From assembly GCA_046756445.1 (NCBI GenBank), contig JBHHWI010000001.1, positions 7,348-71,347 of the forward strand: DNA of 64,000 nt. Reading direction: 5' to 3'. The translations under genes were made by a program, and so were the position numbers. The notes beneath the pieces are model-generated. The model was not told the origin of the DNA, made no database searches, and saw only the letters and a program-made list of their open reading frames with translations. The stretch is from Woeseia sp. (GTDB taxonomy: Bacteria > Pseudomonadota > Gammaproteobacteria > Steroidobacterales > Woeseiaceae). Position 1 is the first letter of the stretch. Every line of letters begins with the position of its first letter. This document shows positions 23,779 to 30,163 of the stretch, piece after piece.

Positions 23779-24930
23779 ATGCGTTGTAGAGCTTCTATCT
23801 TACTGATTTCGCTCGCTTTATCGATACTACCCGTGTATGGCCTGGCGGCCGTCGAGATACGGCCCATTCCGGCCCCGCCGATCATCGGCGCCAAGAGCTT
23901 CCTCGTCATCGACGGCAACACAGGGGCCGAGCTGGCGTCTCTCAGGCCCGATCAGCGGCTTGCGCCGGCCAGCCTGACGAAGCTCATGGCGGCCTACGCG
24001 ATATTCAGGGCGCTGGATGAGAATCAGATCGCGCTCGAGGACCGGGTAACGGTCAGTGAGAAGGCCTGGCGCACACCCGGCTCACGCATGTTCATCGAGG
24101 TAGGCAGCCGGGTCACGGTGCAGGACCTGCTGTTCGGCATGATTATCCAGTCCGGCAACGACGCGGCCGTCGCACTTGCGGAACATGTGGCCGGCACCGA
24201 GTCCGTGTTTGCCGAAGTCATGAACCAATATGCGGGCGCACTCGGCATGCATTCCAGCCACTTCGAGAACGCCACCGGGCTGCCCGGCGAACGGCACTAT
24301 TCGACCGCCAGGGACATATCGACGCTGGCGCGAGCGATCATCAACGAGTTCCCCGACTACTATAAGTGGTATTCGGTAAAGAAATTCAAGTACAACGACA
24401 TCGAACAAAAGAACCGCAACCTGTTGCTATGGCGCGATTCCAGTGTCGACGGTATGAAGACCGGTCACACCGACGATGCCGGCTATTGTCTCGTATCGAG
24501 CGCAAGGCGGGATGGCATGCGCATCGTTTCCGTGGTGCTCGGCACGGCAAGCGCTAAATCACGCGTTGACGGGAGCCAGGCGCTCATCAACTACGGTTTC
24601 CGATTCTTCGAGACAAGATTGCTGTACAAAGCCGGTGAAGCCGTAACCAATGCCCGTATCTGGAAGGCCGCAAACGAATTTACGCCGCTTGGAGTAACCA
24701 ACGATCTGTACATCACGGTGCCACGCGGCAGCTATGACGCCGTCGAATCCGTGCTCAATATTCCTGCGGTGCTGGTCGCCCCGGTCGCGCAGGGCCAGCC
24801 GCTGGCCGAGCTCAGAGTCAGCCTGAACGGCACCGACCTGGTCAACGAGCCCCTGCGCGCGCTGGACAACAACCCGAGCGGGTCACTGTGGCAACGCGCC
24901 CGCGACGGCGTAAGGCTCTGGTTTGAATAA
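23779..24930 (+). CDS. dacA: D-alanyl-D-alanine carboxypeptidase (PBP5/6 class)
   Basis: ATG at 23779 gives a signal peptide (MRCRASILLISLALSILPVYGLAA). Has SxxK (PASLTKLM), SGN (QSGND) and KTG (MKTGHT) motifs. rlpA-dacA-ybeD-lipB synteny. Confidence 0.93.
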   Translation: MRCRASILLISLALSILPVYGLAAVEIRPIPAPPIIGAKSFLVIDGNTGAELASLRPDQRLAPASLTKLMAAYAIFRALDENQIALEDRVTVSEKAWRTPGSRMFIEVGSRVTVQDLLFGMIIQSGNDAAVALAEHVAGTESVFAEVMNQYAGALGMHSSHFENATGLPGERHYSTARDISTLARAIINEFPDYYKWYSVKKFKYNDIEQKNRNLLLWRDSSVDGMKTGHTDDAGYCLVSSARRDGMRIVSVVLGTASAKSRVDGSQALINYGFRFFETRLLYKAGEAVTNARIWKAANEFTPLGVTNDLYITVPRGSYDAVESVLNIPAVLVAPVAQGQPLAELRVSLNGTDLVNEPLRALDNNPSGSLWQRARDGVRLWFE

Positions 24931-25183
24931 AGACCTGCTCGAATTTCCCTGTGAGTTCTCGATCAAGATGATGGGCCGGGATCGGCCACAGTTTCGCGCC
25001 GCGGCAATCTCACTCATCGAGCAACACGCGGGAAAGATACACGACGATGCCATCCGCACGGCAGTGAGCCGCAACGGCAACTTTCTGTCTGTAACGATCA
25101 CCATAGAGGCGCAGCACCGGCAGCAGCTTGACGACATCTATCGTGATCTCGGCAATCACGACGATATTCTGATCGCGCTGTGA
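24923..25183 (+). CDS. ybeD: YbeD/DUF493 family protein
   Basis: 86 aa (LLEFPCEFSIKMMG...), located between dacA and lipB as in E. coli. Confidence 0.85.
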   Translation: MNKDLLEFPCEFSIKMMGRDRPQFRAAAISLIEQHAGKIHDDAIRTAVSRNGNFLSVTITIEAQHRQQLDDIYRDLGNHDDILIAL

Positions 25184-25824
25184 CGGCACCTGAAAAAACT
25201 CAGCCCCCGCGAGAGACCATGATCGGGATACGCTCGCTCGGGCGAAGGGAATACGAGCCGCTCTGGCGCGAGATGCAGGACTTCACCAACACGCGCAACC
25301 AGGCGACACCGGATGAGCTCTGGTTCGCTGAACACCCGCCGGTCTTCACGCTTGGCCTGAACGCGAGCCGCGAACACCTGCTCGCCCCGGGCAATATCCC
25401 CGTCGTGCAGATCGACCGTGGCGGCCAGGTCACCTATCACGGACCCGGTCAGCTCATGATCTACCCGCTCATCGACCTGAAACGAAAAGACATGGGAGTC
25501 CGCGACCTCGTCTCCGCACTCGAACAGTCGGTCGTTGACCTCGCCGGCCAATACGGCATCGACGCCGCGAGCAGAAAAGACGCCCCGGGCGTTTACGTAA
25601 AAGGAAAAAAACTGGCGAGCGTCGGCCTGCGCATACGCCGCAATGCCAGCTACCACGGCATGGCGCTGAACGTGGACATGGACCTCGAACCCTTCAGCCG
25701 CATCAACCCCTGCGGCTTCAGCGATCTCGAGGCCACCGACTTCAAGTCATTAGGCATCACCAAGGGTCTGCAAGAAGTCGAACAAGACCTGCAAGCGCAC
25801 CTGCTCGAGCAACTTGGATTCTGA
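25180..25824 (+). CDS. lipB: octanoyltransferase (lipoyl(octanoyl) transferase)
   Basis: 214 aa (WFAEHPPVFTLG...RGGQVTYHGPGQL...PCG). ATGA-type overlap with ybeD. Confidence 0.95.
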   Translation: MTAPEKTQPPRETMIGIRSLGRREYEPLWREMQDFTNTRNQATPDELWFAEHPPVFTLGLNASREHLLAPGNIPVVQIDRGGQVTYHGPGQLMIYPLIDLKRKDMGVRDLVSALEQSVVDLAGQYGIDAASRKDAPGVYVKGKKLASVGLRIRRNASYHGMALNVDMDLEPFSRINPCGFSDLEATDFKSLGITKGLQEVEQDLQAHLLEQLGF

Positions 25825-25884
25825 ACATCGGTCATTGCCGAACCGCGCGATTGTTTTCACATCATAGCTTTTCGGCACGAGGCC

Positions 25885-26427
25885 TCATACCAGGAATCTC
25901 CTGACGATCAGAGACCAGACGACGATAACGATCAGGAAGTACCATGCCAGCCAGCGGTGGAATACCGGTTTTTGCAGGAATACGCCGAGTAGTGCGAGCA
26001 GCGCGAAGTGCAGCACGAACGGCAGGTAGTACCACGGAACAAACAGACCACCGCGGGCTGCCGTCTGCAGGATGTCCATCAGCACGAGTCCCGCAAATGC
26101 CCACAGAAACCAGTTCCGCCGGTATTCGAAGGGACTTTCGGTCCCGGCAGCCTGTGGCGGATACAGCGTGATGGCGGCCAGATAGTGGGCCACGGACCAG
26201 AGTATGATGACCAGGAACTTGTAAAAGCTCCAGATCGTCTGTTCGGACCACGGGAACAGCGTCCACCAGTTGAGAATCATCACCATCAATATGAAGCCGG
26301 TCCACACCAGGTGGATGTCGTTGACGGTTCTCCGATAGACAGACCGAATCGCACCGCGAAGGACGTGCGTAAGACTGATGCCGAAGATTATCGAGACAAA
26401 TACGGCCAGGTACTCGAATTCGTTCAT
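25885..26427 (-). CDS. hypothetical polytopic membrane protein (about 6 TM)
   Basis: 180-aa ORF, strongly hydrophobic and Trp-rich (ILNWWTLFPW, LWSVAHYLAAITLYP). I recognise no family. Confidence 0.6.
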   Translation of the reverse strand: MNEFEYLAVFVSIIFGISLTHVLRGAIRSVYRRTVNDIHLVWTGFILMVMILNWWTLFPWSEQTIWSFYKFLVIILWSVAHYLAAITLYPPQAAGTESPFEYRRNWFLWAFAGLVLMDILQTAARGGLFVPWYYLPFVLHFALLALLGVFLQKPVFHRWLAWYFLIVIVVWSLIVRRFLV

Positions 26428-26478
26428 CGCAACTACGACTCCCCCTGCAGTCCGGTTCGCCGCCGCCGTCCCGGCGGC

Positions 26479-26895
26479 CTAATCCGTAGACAGTTTTCCA
26501 ATCGCCCTGAGGAAACCCTTTTTGTCCTCCGGTGAAATCATGATCCGCCGGTTGTTGCCGTAAGTGATCTTCAATCGATCCAGCGACAAGGCAGGCGACG
26601 AAAGCGGGCTGTGAGTCTCCGTGATATCGGTAATCTCCACGATCGATATGGTCTTGAAGAAGGGCCCACACACGATCCTGAGCTTGCCGTCGGAGACCGT
26701 ATAGTGCGTTCGCAGCAGGATCGAAACGATCAGCAAAATTCCCGGCATAGTCGTCGCAACGACTATGGTCTTTTCATTGCCCGTCGTGTCACTCAGCAAG
26801 GTCACGACAAGCGCATAAGCCATTCCCAGGATCCCGAAGAGCAGCAGTGTCAAAAGCCAGGCGTCGATTCTCGACCGAAAACGCATTGTCGTCAT
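26479..26895 (-). CDS. membrane-anchored bacterial PH (bPH/YdbS-like) domain protein
   Basis: Start at ATG 26895 (MTTMRFRSRIDAW...), 4 nt after the upstream ORF's stop. Two TM helices followed by YTVSDGKLRIVCGPFFKTISIVEITDI...LDRLKITYG, which is typical of bPH domains. Confidence 0.65.
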   Translation of the reverse strand: MTTMRFRSRIDAWLLTLLLFGILGMAYALVVTLLSDTTGNEKTIVVATTMPGILLIVSILLRTHYTVSDGKLRIVCGPFFKTISIVEITDITETHSPLSSPALSLDRLKITYGNNRRIMISPEDKKGFLRAIGKLSTD

Positions 26896-26899
26896 CGCC

Positions 26900-27091
26900 T
26901 TAGTGTTCGGACAGGAACTGCACGATCTCGGAACTGACATCGGCAAGCGCACCTGCGATCGCCATAAGAGCCGGTTTGCTATCGTGGAACACGCGGTGCA
27001 GTTCAGCATAACGAGGACGCAGTTCGTCGCCACTACAGGCGGCCAATATTCCCCATAATGCGGCGAACTGAATTACGGAACGGGGATTCAA
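26900..27091 (-). CDS. small hypothetical lipoprotein (63 aa)
   Basis: TTG start 5 nt from the left-hand attC-like repeat. Signal peptide with lipobox (FAALWGILAAC). The stop lies 4 nt before the bPH gene. Short ORF, so uncertain. Confidence 0.4.
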   Translation of the reverse strand: MNPRSVIQFAALWGILAACSGDELRPRYAELHRVFHDSKPALMAIAGALADVSSEIVQFLSEH

Positions 27092-27096
27092 GTGAC

Positions 27097-27200
27097 ACCT
27101 AACGGTTTAGCTAACTTGCGCCAAGTATCTGGCGCGAAGATCGCCGTTGCAAGCTTTGTGACAGATGCTGCCTGGCGGCAAGCTCAGCGATTTGTTAGGC
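27097..27200 (-). repeat. attC-like imperfect hairpin repeat, copy A (104 bp)
   Basis: Begins ACCTAAC and ends GTTAGGC (RYYYAAC / GTTRRRY). The arms pair with bulges and the centre is variable. It starts 2 nt after the ParE-type toxin's stop codon. Confidence 0.6.
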
Positions 27201-27202
27201 GG

Positions 27203-27529
27203 CTATTCCCGACCACGCCAGAAACCAGGGCGTCTGCGACGATGTGCAACGGCCACAATCACTATCTCATCATTTGACACTCGATATATGACCGAGTACG
27301 GAAAACGGTGAACCGGACGCCTTCGTAAATCACCGCGGATTAATCTCGCAGCCTTGGGTAGCTCAAGAATTCGCTCCCGCGTTCTTTTGAATTCGACGAG
27401 AAATGCTGCTCCAAGGCCCGGCTGCTGAGATTCGTAATAGGAAATTGAGGCTTCGAGTTCCTGGAAGCCTGCGGCAAGATACGAACAATGCTCATCCGAG
27501 TTTCTGTTCGATCTCGGAAACCACCTCAT
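27203..27529 (-). CDS. RelE/ParE-family toxin
   Basis: 108 aa. The C-terminal part (RRRPVHRFPYSVIYRVSNDEIVIVAVAHRRRRP) is a typical ParE/RelE fold signature. Overlaps the antitoxin gene by 38 nt. Confidence 0.8.
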   Translation of the reverse strand: MRWFPRSNRNSDEHCSYLAAGFQELEASISYYESQQPGLGAAFLVEFKRTRERILELPKAARLIRGDLRRRPVHRFPYSVIYRVSNDEIVIVAVAHRRRRPGFWRGRE

Positions 27530-27722
27530 CTACCGGACGTGCTTCGGTTCTTCCAGCATCATAGTCAGACAGCCGCCGCTCCGCTTCGTCCAACCATTGC
27601 TCTTCGGCGTCTTCGTCGGTGCCCGGGTCAAGGCTTTCAATCAGCCTAAGGGCGAGACGGGCTCTGTCTTTCGGTGCCAGTTCTTTCGCCTGTTTTTCAA
27701 GGTTTCGGGTCTCGGAAGGCAT
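27492..27722 (-). CDS. addiction-module antitoxin (short helical type that partners ParE/RelE)
   Basis: ATG at 27722 gives 76 aa (LAPKDRARLALRLIESLDPGTDEDAEEQWLDEAERRLSDYDAG). The longer ORF (GTG 27770) would include the predicted promoter. Confidence 0.7.
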   Translation of the reverse strand: MPSETRNLEKQAKELAPKDRARLALRLIESLDPGTDEDAEEQWLDEAERRLSDYDAGRTEARPVDEVVSEIEQKLG

Positions 27723-27728
27723 ACGGTC

Positions 27729-27757
27729 ACAATAGAAGCACAAGCGAAGTGAGTCAA
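27729..27757 (-). promoter_or_regulatory. sigma70-like promoter of the toxin/antitoxin cassette
   Basis: On the minus strand: TTGACT, 17 nt, TATTGT, then 6 nt to the antitoxin ATG. This implies a leaderless or near-leaderless transcript. Confidence 0.4.
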
Positions 27758-27789
27758 CGCCCAATTTCACGTAATTAGCTGAGAAAGCC

Positions 27790-27892
27790 GCCTAACGGTT
27801 TAGCTAACCTGCGCCAAGTATCTGGCGCGGCTATTGCCTTTGCAAGAGCCGTGACAGATACGTCCGGCGGCCAGCGCAGCGATTTGTTAGGC
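27790..27892 (-). repeat. attC-like imperfect hairpin repeat, copy B (103 bp)
   Basis: GCCTAAC...GTTAGGC termini form a 7-bp inverted repeat. The first 40 nt match copy A at 38/40 and the last 16 nt are identical, while the centre has diverged. It starts 4 nt after the stop of the 99-aa ORF. Confidence 0.6.
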
Positions 27893-27896
27893 GTCA

Positions 27897-28196
27897 TCAC
27901 TTTCTCGCATTTTTTCTCGAGCGGCGCAATACATTAAAACCACCTATGTTAGCGGCGAGCATAATTGCGGCATTCACAATTGTGGCAATACGATCCCCAG
28001 CAGCGACGAACCAAAATAGACCAAGCAAAGAAACAACCACAAAGAGTGTCATCAGCAGATGTTGTCCAGTAACTGGCGGTGCCTGTTCGTGCTTCGGTGC
28101 GGACCGCGTCATCCACCAGCGCATTGGAAAGAACAAAATGGCACCAATTGTTACGCTGCCAAGAACGAGAATGCCAATGACTAGTAGGTTGTCCAA
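27897..28196 (-). CDS. hypothetical small membrane protein (99 aa, about 3 TM)
   Basis: TTG start, hydrophobic (LLVIGILVLGSVTIGAILFF...LLMTLFVVVSLLGLFWFVAAG...) with a basic C-terminus. Lower-GC DNA. Confidence 0.5.
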   Translation of the reverse strand: MDNLLVIGILVLGSVTIGAILFFPMRWWMTRSAPKHEQAPPVTGQHLLMTLFVVVSLLGLFWFVAAGDRIATIVNAAIMLAANIGGFNVLRRSRKNARK

Positions 28197-28360
28197 ATTG
28201 ACGCCTGACTATTTATGAGGCGAAATAGCCATAGTTGTTGCAGGCGGAAGTGCGTTATAACTTGTCTTGGCATTGATGAGTGCCTGACAATTAGGAGTTT
28301 GCTTGGAATACTATATTGCACATCTAAGGAAGGATATCAGGCAATTGTGATGCACGGGAC

Positions 28361-29014
28361 TTACCGTCTGTTCAGTCGTTCCAGGCGCTCGGCTGTTCCC
28401 ACGTCCTCCCAGAGTCCTTCGTACAGGCTGCCGCTCAGTTTTCCGTTATCGGCGGCTCTGCGCAGAATCGGGGTTATCGGGAATCGGCCGGGCTTTTGAT
28501 CCATGAAGAGTTCCCGGCGATAGAGCGCGAAGCCGCTGAATGTCAGTGCCGGGCTTTTCGCGTTGCGAATGATCCCGTCCTGTAGCTCGAAGTCGACGTT
28601 GTTTCTGTCGGCGGGTGTCGGCACCAGGATCAGGTGGCCGAGCATGTCGCTGTCAAGTCTCGTTTCGGGTAGCCGGAAGTCGGTGTAGGTGTCGGCGTTG
28701 ATGACCCAGAAGGGTTCGCTGCCGAGTAATGGCAGGGCGCGGTGAATGCCCCCACCGGTATCGAGCACATTGTCGTATTCCGGGCTGTAGATGACGTTCA
28801 GCCCGAACCGCGATCCGGAGCCGACTCTCTCGACGATCTGTTCTCCCAGCCAACCGAGGTTGATGACAACAGTGTCGACGCCGCGTTCCCCGAGTGCTTT
28901 TAGATGGCGCTCGAGCAGGCTTTCACCGTTAACCTCGACCAGTGCCTTCGGCAGTTCGTCCGTCAGTGGACGAAGCCGCTCGCCGCGGCCGGCTGCAAGA
29001 ATCATCGCGATCAT
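28361..29014 (-). CDS. murU: N-acetylmuramate alpha-1-phosphate uridylyltransferase-type nucleotidyltransferase
   Basis: 217 aa with motif MILAAGRGERLRPLTDELPKALV. Overlaps the amgK-like kinase gene. The pair lies divergent from lptD, as in Pseudomonas. Confidence 0.8.
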   Translation of the reverse strand: MIAMILAAGRGERLRPLTDELPKALVEVNGESLLERHLKALGERGVDTVVINLGWLGEQIVERVGSGSRFGLNVIYSPEYDNVLDTGGGIHRALPLLGSEPFWVINADTYTDFRLPETRLDSDMLGHLILVPTPADRNNVDFELQDGIIRNAKSPALTFSGFALYRRELFMDQKPGRFPITPILRRAADNGKLSGSLYEGLWEDVGTAERLERLNRR

Positions 29015-29871
29015 CGGCTTTCTCTCAGCCCGGGCAGACAGCGCCGGCTGATCAGATTGGTCAGGAAACCCAGCTCCTCATACTTTGATTCGAGGGCCTC
29101 GATATATTCCAGCGTTCGCGGGATGTCGGGAATGAACCCGGATTTGCCGTCACGGTGCTTGAGGCGGGCGAATATACCCGCCGCCTTGAGGTGACGTTGT
29201 GCGCCCATCAGATCAAAATATCTGGCAAATTGCCGCGGGTCGATTTGCGCGGTGAGATGGTCGCCGAGCTGATCGTAGAACTGCATGGTCCACACCTGTA
29301 TTTTTTCTTCAGGCCAGCGGATATAACAATCCTTGAGCAGCGAAACGAGATCGTATGTCAGGGGGCCTTCTACGGCGTCCTGAAAATCCAGGATCCCGGG
29401 GTTGTCGTCTTCGGTCAGCATCAGGTTGCGCGAGTGATAGTCGCGGTGCACGAATACTCTTGGCTGCTCCAGTGCATTGTCAATGAGCAGCTGACAGGAC
29501 TCCTGCCATCGATCTTCGTCAGATTGCGTGAAATCGATGTTCAGGTGCCGTTCGCAAAGCCACTCCTTGAAAATTGACAACTCGAAGGCCAGCAGCCGCT
29601 CATCGTATGGCGGCAGCTCCGACTGAAATTCCTTTCCCCGGCGTTGCATGGTGACCAGCGCGGATATTGCATCGTCGTAGAGCTCGTCTGCTTTGGAGCG
29701 GTCGGTGCGCAACGCGGTCAGATAAAGCGTGGATCCGAGGTCCGTGAGCAGAAGGAAACCGAGATCGAGGTCCGATGCAAGGACGCGGGGGCTGTTCAGA
29801 TGCATTCGTTCCAGGAAACCCGCGACCTTGATGAATTGCGCGGAATCTTCCCTCTCGGGCGGTGCATCCAT
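29011..29871 (-). CDS. amgK: anomeric MurNAc/GlcNAc kinase (aminoglycoside-phosphotransferase fold). The true start is probably upstream, near 30033.
   Basis: APH-fold motifs (VFVHRDYHSRNLM, ILDFQDAV). The coordinates give the ATG-delimited ORF. Another 54-66 conserved in-frame codons lie upstream (see findings). Confidence 0.8.
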   Translation of the reverse strand: MDAPPEREDSAQFIKVAGFLERMHLNSPRVLASDLDLGFLLLTDLGSTLYLTALRTDRSKADELYDDAISALVTMQRRGKEFQSELPPYDERLLAFELSIFKEWLCERHLNIDFTQSDEDRWQESCQLLIDNALEQPRVFVHRDYHSRNLMLTEDDNPGILDFQDAVEGPLTYDLVSLLKDCYIRWPEEKIQVWTMQFYDQLGDHLTAQIDPRQFARYFDLMGAQRHLKAAGIFARLKHRDGKSGFIPDIPRTLEYIEALESKYEELGFLTNLISRRCLPGLRESR

Positions 29872-30163
29872 GACGATCCTCGTCGAGTCGCCGCTGGCCA
29901 GCCGGAGATAGCGGCGAAAGCTGGCGTCCTCGGATGCCGGCGCGAGCGTGGTAGCGTCAAGGCCGTCTATTCCTGCCAGCCAGCGCTTCAGCTGCTCGTG
30001 CCGGGGACTGGATTCTTCGTCGGTGGCGATGATTCGGGATCTCCGTTCCGCATTGAAGGCGCTAATGAACTATGCGAAGGTAGCAAATCGCAATAACTGA
30101 TAACATCTTTTCTCCCTAACATCCTGCAGCCATTGCATTTTGTCCGATAGCCCTGCACCACAC

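Larger units (their letters stand above)
27097..28209 (-). mobile_element. integron-type gene-cassette array without a linked integrase (CALIN-like)
   Basis: Two attC-like sites, each placed directly after an ORF stop on the minus strand. Includes a TA cassette with its own promoter. GC is lower than the flanks. No intI-like ORF occurs anywhere in the window. Confidence 0.5.

Noticed and set aside
25836-25877. An inverted repeat TGCCGAA...TTCGGCA between the convergent lipB and the 180-aa ORF, considered as a bidirectional terminator or the distal attC of the array.
   Set aside because: The stem is only 7 bp with a 28-nt loop, and there is no T-run and no RYYYAAC/GTTRRRY ends. Its similarity to the attC end (GCGATTGTTTTCAC against GCGATTTGTTAGGC) is weak.
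26462-26478. A GC hairpin (GCCGCCG-tcc-CGGCGGC) between the bPH gene and the 180-aa membrane gene, considered as a terminator or a decayed attC.
   Set aside because: No U-tract follows on the transcribed strand, and there are no attC-like core sequences. It is too short to call either way.
25862-26671. A 269-aa minus-strand ORF overlapping the 180-aa membrane ORF and the bPH gene in other frames.
   Set aside because: It spans the intergenic hairpin and two better-supported ORFs, and its sequence is Arg/Gly/Asp-rich with no hydrophobic pattern.
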